From: Tubulanus polymorphus
Taxonomy: Eukaryota; Animalia; Nemertea
Assembly: GCF_964204645.1 (NCBI RefSeq)
Contig: NC_134029.1
Coordinates: 17,292,950 to 17,356,949 of the forward strand
Reading direction: 5' to 3'
DNA length: 64,000 nucleotides
How positions within the stretch are numbered: the stretch's first letter is position 1; each line of letters opens with the position of its first letter. Positions 48,452 to 62,246 of the stretch are shown here, piece by piece. The notes beneath the pieces were generated by a model. The model ran no database searches, was not told the DNA's origin, and saw nothing but the letters and a program-made list of their open reading frames with translations. Position numbers and translations under genes: made by a program.

Positions 48452-51409
48452 TTATTCAGATCCATGTTTCTTCCTACAGAGCATGAGCTGTTTACAAGCC
48501 TTCCGGTACTGTCTGAAAATAGAGAAACCAAAACCGGTTTCAGAGATAAATCTAACTCGACGATAACAGAGACTTAACAATTAAATTTCAAACCTGTTAA
48601 AGATAGGATAGATTAATGGATTAAGAGCTGCGTTTAATCCACCAAATCCAATCAAGCCAGCTTTAATATCGTAGTAACCTCCTCTAAATACGATAACACT
48701 GTCAGGCAACAGGGCATTATAGTCGAGGAAATTCCATATACGAATCGGACCCCAGAATAACAGAAACAAAACCGCGCTGACCACTAACATTGTAACAGTC
48801 TGTAACAGATGGATAATGAGATATGGGATATGGCGAAACAAGACGCTGGATTATTCGTAGTGAAAATCAGTTTGCTTTCGATTTTTTAGGTCTCCAAATC
48901 CGAAAATTATAAAGATAGATATAAGATCCGCTTTCTCATTCAGTACACGCATAAATTGTGTTACAAATGAGTTACAAGTTGACTCGGATTTAATTAGAAT
49001 GCTTAAGGATAATGAAGTGCAGTAACCCAGTGCCACTAGCGATCCTGGTGGATGATCGCCGAATCCTCGCTTGCCACGGTAGTGTTGCCGGTATCCCAAA
49101 CATGGAGCGAGGGTCAATGGGATACCAGCAACGCTACCGATCTCCTGACAGAACCTCAGTAAACTTACTCGCTTACGATCAGCTATGTCTCCTGTAGACC
49201 TATCATTTACTGCACTATAAAAGTAATAGATAAATTAAAACAGATTCATTTCAATATTTTAATTTTTGATTTGAGATCTATATCTAAGAATTCAGACAGA
49301 CCTGTTTGCAGCTCTCATTGTACGATTAGTTGTTATGCTGACAATCAATACTCGACAGACTAGTGAATATAATGCTACAATCACTAAACCCGGAATCAGA
49401 AACAAAACCACGAAATTAAAACAGCCGATACTAATATTGAGAACAGAGTGTATAGCGTGGTAGTATTGAGATGAAGTAGTCTCCGAGCAGGCGATGCGTA
49501 ATTTATGACCAACTGGATACTGTGTTCGAACCCGCAGTTTCTATAAATAAACCATTTCACTTACTGTGTAATTCATGAAGCTTTCCGACGAGGAGGAGAA
49601 TGAGGGGAGGAAGGCAGGAGGAGGGGTTGTAGTGACGTCACCTTTGGTTTAAGATTTAATGATCAATTTGAATGGAAATATTTCGTTAGAGATTAACGAT
49701 CGAACACGTGATCAGTGGTGACAAACATCCCACCATGCTGTACCCAGGGCCAAATTCGGTTTTCCTATCTAGTCAACTAGTAGTCGGAACTAATAACCGA
49801 ATGCGCTTGATTTCCGAACTATTTCCGGAATATAGATCCGATCAATTAACATTCGGTTTCACTTAGTTTGACTTTTGTCGACTAATCAGATAACCGAAGT
49901 TGGCCTTGACAGACTGGTGCAAGGTTTGGTCGGGGTTTAAGCAGCTGGTGTTTTCTTTAGAGTTTATTAGTAAAACAAAATATCTCTCATTTTAAGCTGC
50001 TGGAGGGGGAAGGAGATGTCGGGGTACAGGGGGGGGGGATACTTTACGTATATTTGTGACGTTGGTGACGCGAGTAAAACTGATAGAATCCACAGTAAGA
50101 CACAAACTATTATTGATCGCTTGACTGTTAATAATATCTGTGCTTTCAGCGGATGACAGATGGCGATATAACTGAAATGAAAATACAAATATTTCTCACT
50201 CGACTGCAGCGCAAATAGATATGTTTGGGTGGCAGTTAGGGTAGGGGTTAGATGACATACCGCTCAGCGGCTATAGCCAGTACTGTGTAAATAGAAACGA
50301 CAAACGCCATCTCGCCGAGTACGTGTGACCCTTTACAAATCCATTCAGAAGTGAACGCGAACTGATCGGCTACCCGAACAAACTACAAAACAATCTCTTC
50401 AATCTATTATAATCACTTATATCAGGGCCCAGCCTTCAGTGACAACCAGGTATATATATATAACGATGGAATAAGTAGATAAAGGGAAGTCGCACAGTGT
50501 AAGGGTTAGCTGAAGATTGCTGTTAGAAACGGTCGTTTTTTCATCAATTGTTAATTATAGTCGTCTCTTTTTTAGATTCTTAGTTCAATCGAACAGTTAT
50601 GTAACACTGATAGAGACACTACTAACCTGCAGCGGTAGAACTACGAGAATCAACATTAAATCAGCCGCAGATCTCGAAACTAATAAAACGTTAGTCGAAC
50701 CGTTTTGTCTCATGTAAACTGTAGAAATTATCACAATTGCGTTACCTGCATTATAGATCAATATTTAGAACACTGATCCGACGCACACACGACAGTGAAA
50801 TATCAGGGTTCAACTCACCGAAAACGCCAAGGATCGTAGTAAACGTCATTATACCTAACGCCGAATACCAGCGAATTACTTTCAATAAATCGTTCCTCTC
50901 TTTATCAGCCTGGTCGTCTCTTTCACCTCTGATATTACTAATAACTGTCTGAATCTCTATAACGTGTGGATGATTTCTATCTCCATACAGAGCCATGGCG
51001 ATTCTATATTTCTCAACTACCTGTGCTTCAACCGCTGTTAGATACTCGTACAAATCGTTATTGTAATATTTAGCCGTTATTAAACGTCTGTATGAATTGG
51101 GAATTAGTTTGTTCTGTTTTAGGATCTTGCCGAAATTTCTCCTGTCGCAACGGAATGATACAATATGTCTGGCACAGACAGATTGCTGCTGCTGGGGTCT
51201 TACCGTGGTAACCACATCAATTAGAGAAGTGTTATCCGGCGCGGCTGAGAGACCGTTTAAAACACACCACAAGGAGCAAAACCATAAAAACCACTGAATT
51301 CTGAAAAATCAGTACATGTAATTTACAAAATTGAGAGAACCTACTTAAATTTTTGAAACATCGATACAAAAGATGGAATAGTTACTTACAGAACATTAGC
51401 AGCAGCCAT
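48452..51409 (-). CDS. Nine-exon class A neuropeptide-type GPCR with signal peptide and long N-terminus (~472 aa)
   Basis: Exons 51409-51390, 51300-50819, 50745-50627, 50382-50261, 50171-50048, 49540-49302, 49214-49169, 48799-48594 and 48512-48452 join in frame with GT-AG. Motifs GVFGN, AADL, AERYIAICHP, FWGP, NAALNPLIY. Confidence 0.88.
49745..49908. mobile_element. Small intronic TIR element
   Basis: cagggccaaattcggtt / aaccgaagttggccttg; no clear TSD. Confidence 0.5.
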
Positions 51410-51859
51410 TTTAGACACAGTTTGATACACGTATGACGGTCAATTAGTAAGCCAGACAGAGAGACAGTCACACAGTCAGATGGTGGTTTATCGTGGACCA
51501 CACCCGAATTACTACATGTCAGAACAACTGACTATGAACACGTTCCGTTAAAACTGTGTTTAATTAACCACAAAAACATGAAAAGGTAAAAACGGGAGAA
51601 GCTTGAGAATTCCTGCGGCTCCATCAGTCAAGCATGAGGAGTAATTCCTGGTCATTGTTTTACTGCACGATTTATCACGATATGATACAAATATCTATAT
51701 TATCTGCAACCTTATTTGTGCAAAAACGCGATATAAAATGATCGTGATTTGTGCAACACAACTAGGAATCATTATGAGTAACTAATGTATCAAAAAACTT
51801 AAATTGAATATCTAGGGGCAATTTTAGATTCCTAGTTTTATTTATTTAGATTCCTAGTT

Positions 51860-52185
51860 TTATTTATTTAGATTCCTTCGCTGTGCTTTTTCATGTAGAT
51901 TTTTCTTAGTCTTCCTGAGATTACCGTTCTTTTGAAATATGATACCTAGGTACTGATACTGATCGATGACTTCAACAGTTATCATTATTAAGTGTGAATT
52001 GTAATAATTCATTTGTTTTGAGGGTTCCTTTATTGAATATAGCAATCTTTTTTTTGTGACATTGGCCTTGATCTTATTTTCTGTACAATATTGTCCTAGA
52101 CAGTTAAGTCCTCGTTGTAGATTTTAAGCACTGTCTGAAATTATCATTTTGTCATCAGCATACAAAAGGATTGCCAGTTTGAGCG
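51860..52185 (-). mobile_element. LINE reverse-transcriptase fragment
   Basis: ILLYADD, LQRGLN.L..YC, YQYLGIIF. Confidence 0.75.
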
Positions 52186-53892
52186 TGTTAACCGACTCAT
52201 CTACGTATTTCATCACCCATTTTAAAACCGTATTACATTTATAATTCAAAATCACAAGCGCGACACAATTCGACAAGGCTACGGTTACAGGGGATCATAT
52301 CGCTAGAACACCGTTGGGGTATTTTGCAGAAGCTGAAACTTAGATGAACGCTCCAGAAGCGATTCCTGTCCTGGCAATTATCATTTCATTGCACAATTCT
52401 ATCAAAATAAATATCAATGCAAATTCTTTAAGCGGCTCAGATCGATTTTCTTGCAGTAGCATGCGAATAGCAAGTTCGTAGATGGCAGTAGGTGACGGTC
52501 GAGATGGATATGGTGGTTCGCTTGAAAAAAAGCAGATTTGATGTTTCGTTCCTGTTTCACTGGTTCTCTTAAATGAATGAACATTAGCGAGATCCCCGGA
52601 TCCCTGGGCTCTCTGTTCTTTCAAAGTGATCACTCGTGCCTCAGAGCTCTCCGAATCTCTCTGGCTCCGTGCCAGTGATCGTTCCTGTTTCCCGGCGAGT
52701 GATCACCCGATACCACGACACAGAGCACTGATTTCTGATTTCTTGCTCGCCCGTTTGAGGCCTGGATCTAGTTGCACATTTCTCGCGTAAAATCCGGATG
52801 TATGATTAGAATATTGGAAATGTACTATTCTAAACTCGATATTCAAACGAACATGGAGGTATGGATTCCTGTATTCCAGAATATCGTACAAAAAGAATCT
52901 GATGAAATACATTAGTGTAACTTTTTATCGTGATTACTCTTTATTCGAGCTTATGTATGATTAACATCATGATAAGAATTCGAAGTTATCAAATGGTTCG
53001 TAAGGACAACATCTTTCCAATTACAGATACATGGCAATCCTATCTTTTCAATTTCAACATCTATAAATCAGAAATCGGGAATTTGTTAATAACAAAACAT
53101 AACTAGAAAGTCTCGCACGCAATGAACAAAATAAATTGCCTTCTGCAGCGATGGCTCCAATGATGGCTCCAATGACCATAAACAAGGCCAAGGGCCAAGT
53201 CAGGGATAAATTTCCGTGAATACCCAAGACCCAGTTCCATAATTCTTGATTAAGATTTGACATTAGGGTTAAAACATTGGAAATGATTTCAAAATCTCAA
53301 CTATAACACCAATCAAAACCGAGACACTTTGCAAATTACTTCAGCGTAGTTCAAAATCTTCTACTTTTGTAGTTTAGTCTTCTGAAACCTCGTAGATTCT
53401 AAACTTACCTCAGTTTTTGCTTTACATCACCCTAAAAGAGTGAACTTTTACTTACCTGAGTTTTGGGCGCGTTGTCGGAATATTCACAACAACTAACAAC
53501 TGATAGAGATTCGACACGTTTTATAGTTTAATGACACGCGATTTTTCTCATGGTTAAGCGGATTTTAGAATAATTCTCATCCATTTATCACGCAAAATTA
53601 ACCATTTTTTGAACTGTTATTTTCATTCTCATTTCATATTTCTCATTTGATATATTTCTTTTTTTTTTGTTTTGGAAAAAATGATAGAGAAATTATTCAG
53701 CTGTTTTTCGCGACTGCTAAAATCCCACACTTTTATTTTCCTTATCGCCTGCATTTTCCGCTTATTGTTTACTTTCAATTCTTATCAGTTTTTACCATCG
53801 GTGATTTTACTATATTGTTTGTGTTTCTATGTCGTAACATAGAATTAAGTTCAAATAAATTCCTGTAACCGCGGTGAAATTCTTTCAAGAAG

Positions 53893-54671
53893 ATGATATC
53901 TGTTTTCGGTAAGTTGAAAAGTTTACGCTTCATCCCCGTTGATTAAAAACTATTACGTTTGACACCGTTTTATATTGGTAAATCTCAATCTCGCATTGTA
54001 TATTCTTTTTGCGACATATACAGAAATTTTAACAGTGGCTTGTAAGAAATTTTTAGAGAAAGGTCTGAATTATACCCACATTTGATATCCATATTTTCAC
54101 TCTATTTCCACATTTTTTATTATATTGACTATCGATTATATTATTATTAACGTTTACATAGAGATTCCTAATAAAGACATTGAAACCATTTTGAAAGATG
54201 ATTTCAAAAAATCATGAATTTTAATGAAACCACACGGGCAATGACCCGAAAAGTCGTGTCTTTCAAAAGTTGATAATGCGAATAAACCATTTTTGAAAAT
54301 ATTGAAATCTTTCATTAAAAAATCTAAGATCCAAAAAAAACATTCTCGCTTAGTTGTTTTTCACATGATACAATGGTTGAATTCTAGTGAGTTTACTACT
54401 GTGTGCTGTAGTAATACCTGTGGCAAGTGAGAAATGTCCCCCTCTAGACAGATGTACATACACATGTGATACAGCACTAGATCGTATCTACCCTAAACAA
54501 ACTAAAGCACAATGCTACAAACATTGCGCTCATGAACATTCTTGCTGTAAGATATGTGAAAACCTGATGGGAAACTACGAGTACGATTGGTGCCACGATT
54601 GCTGTTATTATCCAGAAAAGGAATTTCAAGAACACTGGGGCTGCTCGAAATATGCTGATATCCTTAACTAA
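53893..54671 (+). CDS. Small secreted cysteine-rich protein (99 aa; exons 53893-53908 and 54388-54671)
   Basis: ATGATATCTGTTTTCG|gtaagt...ttctag|TG gives signal peptide MISVFVSLLLCAVVIPVAS; 12 Cys in the mature part; AATAAA downstream. Confidence 0.75.
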
Positions 54672-55593
54672 AAATGGATTCATTGATTCATGCGTGAAAC
54701 GAAAATAAATGATAGTTAGTTAATTTTGTTTGTGTTGAGAAAATTTTCTAATTGATTCCTCGCGAAGGCTTCGGTCAAGTATCGTCTTTCTCTGGTCATC
54801 ACGCAGTTGTTTTAATGATAGCACCTTTCTCCTAGTCACGTCCCAATGGCACCGCGGCTCTGGAACATTACCACCACAAGTTCAACCACTTCAAAGTATC
54901 GATCGAAAGAGGAGTGATTTTGGGTCCAAAAACTTATTGACCACAGAAAAGCGATAGCCAGATCGTACCGATTGATGAAAATAAAAGCAAAGTGACGGTC
55001 ACCCCCAGCTGGCCATACGTACGTACGACAATGACGATGATGCAACAGGTGATAACTTTGCTGCAGTAAATGTGACTGGTGCTCGAACCCTATATTGTAA
55101 GGATTTCCTCTCTTTTATCGACAGTCTCTTAGAAAAGGTCTCCTAGTATCTTCCAACACCCCACGCAGTGGGCTAAATTCAATTTAAATTCAATTTCAAA
55201 TATACTTTATTGTTCCTTTGTTTATTATGAATACCGGTACACATCGGATTTCCACTTAAAAGTAGACAGCTCAAAGAGGTGAAAACAAAATGCACGCATT
55301 GGCCTACACTTGGAGTAATCATTTTACTGCTTCAAGTCCTAACCAATATGCCCGATATTCCCGCATTATATTCGATTGTTGTACACAACGTCATGTTAAT
55401 ACCGGCAATATAATTTGAGCCTCGGCTTTGAATGAGCTATTAAGACATGACAGTGACATCAAAATAGTATGATATTCTCACTCCCTGTCGTGCGGACATA
55501 CGGCAGAAATAAATATATATGGGAAAAACCGGGGCTGCCCAAGCGACGGCCCCAAACACTCAAAACAGATCGTACCGTATTCCAAAGGCAACT

Positions 55594-55960
55594 AAAAGGA
55601 GTATACTAAACCAACCCCCCGGCCAATATGACCGAAGGCATGGCAACGGATACTAAGAGGCCCGTGGCAAGAGAGCTGATAAAGCCGGGTAAAAGACCGG
55701 AACCCAATATGTATCTTAAGACAATTCGAAATGTACACCAGGGAACTGCAGTGGATATCTGATCAGGGGCAGGAAAAGCAACCTCTCCAAAGTTACCCCA
55801 AGGAAACTTTGATAATCATTGAAAAATAAAATCCGCATCAAACAAACACCGGTAATGTAATATCACAGTATCGAAACCATGGTAACTAAAAAGGAGTATA
55901 CAAAACCAACCCCCAGCCAACATGACCGAAGCCATGACAACAACACCAAGAGGCCGGCGG
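55594..55960 (+). repeat. Diverged ~75-bp direct repeat pair
   Basis: aaaaggagtatac.aaaccaacccc...atgaccgaag..atg.caac...aagaggcc at ~55594 and ~55888. Confidence 0.7.
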
Positions 55961-56599
55961 CTAGAGAATTGAAAACATGACGCGATGAAACAACAAATTG
56001 AAACTGATAGACGATCTAACTTTGTTACCAGTGTAAACAATCAATAGGTTTCAGACGCTCAAATCCTATATCCACCTTGAAACGGTAAAAGACACTGATC
56101 AACAAGTGAGACCCGTGGAATACAAGGGCAAACGCAACAAGAGGTTGGCCAGCCATAAACATGAACAATGAAAATGCTCAAATCTGAGTAGTCAAAAGAT
56201 TCGCATAAAACTGCAAATGTAAGGGATTTGTCACGCGTCCCTCACGAACGGAGCAAACTAAATCATGTGTTGAGCGCAACTAAACTCTCCACGGAAACGA
56301 AAATGCGCTAAATAAAATCACCGAAAATGATCAGAAAACCGAAATAATAGACGAACTCCCTGACCGATAAATCTCACAATAGTGGGACAACGTAGTATAC
56401 CGAAACACACTTAGAATTGCAGAACCAACAACCCTGACCTCTCGAGTTTTCTCTGCCCTAAAATTCATTTATTCTCTTTATTCTAAACGTAACGACTCCT
56501 CCATTCTTTTCTCATACACAGCTGACTCCGGGGTACACAGCCCTCCAGCTCGCACACAGTAGGCAACAGGACACACAGTCCTCAAGGCACACAGCCTCA

Positions 56600-56830
56600 T
56601 GTCCACACACAGTGGACAGCCACACACAGTGGCCTCAAAATTTTGTCCAAACATATTGGATACGACCACTGAAGTGGGCAATCAAAATATGAATATAAAA
56701 TTTGTCCAAACACATTGGATCCGACCACAGAAGTGGGCAAACAAAATATAAATATAAGATGTGTCCAAACACATTGGACGTCAACACACAGTGGACTACC
56801 CCCTATTCCACACACAGTGGACTACCCCGG
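56600..56830 (+). repeat. Short ~60-bp tandem repeat
   Basis: tgtccaaaca.attgga three times; cacacagtggac repeats. Confidence 0.75.
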
Positions 56831-58136
56831 CGGCAGAGAATCCAAACTGCACAAAGTGTTGAGGATTTTATGTATTCTGAAATGTTCATATATAATGTAT
56901 TATTCACAGTTGTAACTCCGTTATACGTTGACAAATTTTCTGTAACATATTTCAATGACTGACCATTACTGAACATACTATAAGTAGCAAAACTGGAAAA
57001 TAAAATGTATTGTGTATCAATTCTATGAGTTTGTGCTTTTAGTATCGTATCCAGTTAGCCATACTGGCCACCAGCCTAAAGGCTGGCTGCTTATGTCGAC
57101 AAGCAACGCGACGCCTAGGTTAACAGCACACAAAGAAGACACACAGTTTAACAAGTACACGGCCACACGGCCACAGAACAAGGCCAAACCGTGAACCACC
57201 ACAACCGTAAAAGCACGACCGATAGCGAGGAAAACCTAAGCCAAACGACTTCTTCCGTCTGTCCGCAGCGCCACGTAGTGAGAATAGATGACTAATGATA
57301 CTTCATTTTCAACAAAGCGTTATCGCTAGGCGACATCCAATTTGTCTGAATGTGCAAAAGCCAAGCACGGGCGAACAACAAACAAGAAATGGATTGTGTT
57401 TCGGCCTTCGATGTTTCATCACAGACCAGTCCACGGCAAAGCAGTAAAAGTGACGCCAAGGTGATACAAAGCTACACTCGTGACCACCTGATACTCCGTC
57501 GTGAGATACTCCGATGCATATAATCAGGAGCGGATCACCCCACCTCCGTACCTCCCTACACCATCCATACGGATAGGAGAATTAGTAATTGTAGCCTGAC
57601 CAGTATCACGTGATAATGATATGGCGGCGATTTTGATCAGTTATGAAAGGTGATTGGAAGTTCCTGATAACTTAAAAATCAGCTTTCAATTGCCTAATTT
57701 GTTTATGTTATACATAATAACCCTGTGAACGATTTCATCAGACATGCCAACGCCTTGTTGTTTTAGGAAAACAGTTGACTTATACGATTGAATGATGGCA
57801 AAGTTAAATTGATGCAATGTAAAATACACAAAATGCACTTACATAGATATTGCATATCCAACAGAGATGATATTGTAGGTTTTGTGGCTGTTTTGTGGTG
57901 TCAGTGTGTCACCTATATGGCTGTTGTGTAAACACATATTTAGCAGCCTTTCAAAAAATCGCGCAATACATTCAATCCTATTGATATGCTGAAAGCTTAT
58001 GCGCGGTAAATGCAAATATATCTATCGTGTTTATGGAGGAGGTGAGTGATTTAAACAAATTCGGTGGTAACAATGGCAAAAAGCATTTTATTTCAGCCGT
58101 ATTGCGGTTGCAGTTACATTGGCATCTAGATTCAGC

Positions 58137-58582
58137 ATGACGGTCATCAACGATACGGAGAATGTTGACATAGGAGAACATATCTCACTGTCCGGCGTCC
58201 GAAATGTTTTCGGAGGAAAGTCCATGAGCAGAAGGTATGGTTATCTGTAAATCGAATCTAAAGAAATAAATGATAATTGTAAACTTAATGTAATAAAAAC
58301 GTTTAAATGGTTCTCGTTTTCGCTAGAAAATGTATCGCAATTAACATTCAGATTGCTATTTAGTTTCGCTACATAAGAAACTGTTTTTCATTTGTTTTCT
58401 ATTGCCGTATTCAGATTGCTGTGGATCACATCTTTGATAGCGGCAACTGGACTTCTGATTTTTATGATTTATGGTCGAGTAACTCAGTATCTCCTGCGAG
58501 AAAAAGTTACGAACGTGAACCTTGTTGAAAGAACGTCTGCCAATTTACCCGCCGTTACTCTTTGTAACTAGAACAAATACAC
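58137..58582 (+). pseudogene. 5' exons (58137-58234, 58415-58582) of a DEG/ENaC/ASIC-family channel, with in-frame TAG at 58569
   Basis: SLSGVRNVF..RR|LLW, TM1, then LPAVTLCN*N matching the conserved FPAVTxCNxN motif; canonical splice sites. Confidence 0.75.
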
Positions 58583-59496
58583 GTAAGCTCACAATCATGA
58601 ATGTTGTAAACATAATCTTTTGTCAGAATCAGGATTTCAAAAAAATCGTAAGAAGAAAGTATCGGGAATCAGATTATATATATATATCACATCATGTTTC
58701 TTGTTACTAACCAAATACCTATATAAACTAACCCCCGATTATGTTAAATAGTCATTTTATCACTATACATCATCGACGACTCATTAAATCTCTACAATAC
58801 GCATATACTCGACTCTTACGTTCGTTCCTGGCTCTATACTCCTGGCTAGTTACCCCACATTGGAAATCGCCACCAACCGAGGATCTTCCAACCTAACACA
58901 TCATTTAAATTTGATAGTGACAATTACAACAAAGAAACCATACTCAAAGAAATTATATTCATGTATATTAGCAATAAATCGAACAAAAGGACACATACAC
59001 CCGGCAGAAGAATAATGATCATTCGGAGTAACGATCATTCATATATCCATAACTTACTTACAGTTCAATCCAATCATGTTAACCTAACTATAAGTGGTTC
59101 GCCATGGATCGCGACTTGGTCGACGTCGTCAGTACAATGCCGAATCCAGCATTATCTTGTTTTTTTTTATTTCAATAAAACAGAAAATTCGTGCAAATAG
59201 TAATTTTGTGTAATTGACTGTAACTTGTTCATGTTTTGAGATAAAATGTAGAATTTTTTATGAAAGATAGAATTTTATCTGAGGATTTTGTTGATACTAC
59301 ATTGGCAAAAATATCTTCATAGAAACGCGCGTGGCCACCGGTTGAGTCAAGCGCAAAGCACACGCTAGTGGTTGACCGTCTATTTTTTTGCATGCGCGTA
59401 TTACACTATTTTCATGGCAATTATCTTAATTTTAAAGATTTCTGGGGATTAGAATCAGATACTTAGCATAGGGATTGGACCTAGTCCAGAAAAAAA

Positions 59497-59614
59497 TAGA
59501 TAGATAGATAAATATTTTATTGTCCACAAAAAAATTTGCATTGACAAAATCTGTTTCAAATGTTAGTGCATGATATCATTACTTGTGTTATAAATGGCAA
59601 GAAGGGATTTAGCA

Positions 59615-59653
<39 letters not shown>

Positions 59654-61634
59654 GCAGCAGCAGCAGCAGCAGCAGCAGCGGCATCAGCCGCACCGGCGAT
59701 GGGCAGTTTTACATCAATTTTACACATGAACAAAATTCTAATTCAAAGGTTATCATAAGCAACTGGTCACTAATTACCTTCGTTGGACTGGCCCCAGTTA
59801 AATACAGGCATAAGCCCCTCAGTCAGAGAGTAACCACATGTAGGATAAATTATCTATCGTCAACCTGACGTATGACATAGTTTGCTTAAATAACATAATA
59901 GGGATGTATTCCGGGTTTCGAATAGTTTTTTTTTAGATTTTCAAGGGTTGGGATATGAAAAATGTTACGCGGGAGTTGGCGATCTCTTGCTTCCGCATAT
60001 GCAGAGCATTCTGGCAGGGCATGGCGTTCATCGCCTAAGATTTGCATATTGCACTGGTCACATAACCTATCTTCCCTTAAAATTCTTCGCCTGCGCGACC
60101 TACTTTGATGGGTAAACTGTGGTTACTGCATCTAAAGCGAGCTAGGATAATGCGAAAATTAGTCGGAATGTTGGTTAAGTAGAATTCTTGCTCAAAGTTG
60201 GTTTTTAAGTATTGGTAAGTCGCTGCCTTTGGGGAGTTGATACAATTAAGTCGCGATTTTTTTAATAAACTGGTCTTTTAATCTAAGTCTTACCGACTGG
60301 TAAATAAATTCTGGACTAGGTATATTATGATTGAGCCAGAATTCGGCCATACCACAATCTTCCATTACACGCTTAATGCTAGACAACCATTTGGAGTCAT
60401 TATACCCTCTCTTGCACCTGTGTACAATGCATAATATATTTTACTAGAGAGAGTTTTGGAGATAAGACTAGCCCAGTATTTCACCATTCTAGCTTTTACT
60501 TCGCATTCCAAAGAGGTTCTTCCAGTCTCGCCATACACCATATAGTTCGGGGTAGAGCGGTTTAGTCTGAGAATGTATTTACAAAAGGTTAGATGGACTT
60601 TTTCCATACTGCTAATATTTTCGAAGCCCCAAATTTCGCAGGCATATAATAAAATCGGCTTTACAAGTGCTTCAACAAGATGGAAAGACGCGTCAATACC
60701 CAAACCTAATTCTTGTGATTTTTTGAAACGTGGAATAGAGCCTTTGAACCAGTCTCAGCTAACGTTTTGCGGCATTTGACAAAAGTACCAGTATAATTAA
60801 ATATAACGCCAAGGTATTTAAAGTGATAGACTATTTCGATTACGCCATTAGCTAAGTGAAAATTGAAATTCCTCCTGGATTTCCCTTTCTCAAAGATGAT
60901 GACTTTAGTTTTATCCGTATTTACGGTCAGTTTCCACATGTTACAGTAGCTAACAAGTGAATGTAAAGCCCTTTGGAGCCCTTCAGCTGAGTCGGATATC
61001 ACAACCGTATCGTCAGCATAAAGTAGAACCAAAAGAGAGAGCCAATTCATTACGTTTTCGTTTGGCAGAAAAAGTGGTTGACATCCTTCCTCGACCATAT
61101 GGCTTTCCAAGTCATTAACAAAATTGAAAAAAAAATTGGCGATAAGTTGTCACCTTGCCTTAATCCTATGAAACTATCAAAAAATTCTGTTTGTTGGCCA
61201 TTTACCCAGATACATGACTTGACCGTTTGACCTTTTGCAGGAAATAGTCTATTAGACATTTCAAAGTAAATATGTGGTCTTGTACTCCCTGATTTTTACG
61301 GAAACCCGCTTGATTTAAATTGAGCAAATTATTCAAATCTAGAAACATTGATAGTCTCTTGTCCAAAATACCTGTGAATAAGACAGCTTAACAAAGAGAT
61401 CCCTCTGTAATTATTTGCAGAATTAGGATTACCTTTCTTTTTAAATATTGGGACTATACACCCATTGATCCAATCACTTGGGATAATGCCGGTTTAATAG
61501 AATTTAATTACAAGATCAGGATTGAGACTAGGTTATGCCGTTTTCAAGAATTCATTTGGCGCACCATCAAGGCCGGCGGATTTATGGTTTTTTAGGCTGT
61601 TAATTGCTTTTCTGACTTCGTCTGAGCTAATAGG
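59497..61634 (-). mobile_element. Degraded RTE-X-like LINE (RT and C-terminus), cut off by Polinton copy 3
   Basis: KSAGLDG, QAGFRK, GLRQGDNLSP, LLYADD, YACEIWG, FRCSNHSLPI; possible AATAAA+(ATCT)n tail at ~59497-59525. Confidence 0.85.
59611..59682 (+). repeat. (AGC)n microsatellite
   Basis: Direct reading. Confidence 0.95.
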
Positions 61635-62044
61635 AGTAATAGGGGTAATGGGCTTTCAGGCCAAAGGTCGAAGGGTCGAGCTCATTAAAAAACAAAACAT
61701 TAAAAGTAATTTAAAACTATAATATATTTTCATAACCGTGCGTATTTTATATTATAACTAAATATTTATTCTAAGATATCAATAATTTAAATTTAAAAAG
61801 CATATTGTATTAAATCAATTGGTCGCTCCACTTCGCTACCGCTCCGCTCCGCGACCAATTGATTTATTTACAAGACACAAATTCATATAATCAAATATAT
61901 TTTAATAATGATAACTATTCTATTATTCAACTGAAATACACACGGTTATGAAAATATATGATAGTTTTAAATTACTTTTAATATTTGTTTTTAATGAACT
62001 CGACCATTCAACCTTTAACCTGAAAGCCCATTACCCCTATTACT
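61635..62044. repeat. 410-bp imperfect terminal fold-back palindrome of copy 3
   Basis: AGTAATAGGGGTAATGGGCTTTCAGG...CCTGAAAGCCCATTACCCCTATTACT; apical stem aaatcaattggtcgc/gcgaccaattgattt with loop 61827-61850. Confidence 0.95.
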
Positions 62045-62246
62045 CTTAAAATAATCATATACATGAATAACATTTAAATTGACAGATTATTCAATATAAA
62101 AGTATATATTTACAACATTATTTCAATATTCATATTTGTGTAGATTTTTAAACATTAAAAGTGTTAGTAAAGTGTGATTGAAATAATACATGATATAAAT
62201 CATTGAACTTCTAAATTCATATTTAAAAAAAAAATTTGATATTAAA

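Noticed and set aside
52340-53263. Possible small minus-strand gene (hydrophobic ORF 53054-53263, splice-donor-like sites near 53407 and 53455)
   Set aside because: Could not build a consistent exon chain or recognise a domain.
59560-59868. Poly-Ser ORF
   Set aside because: Produced by an (AGC)n microsatellite.
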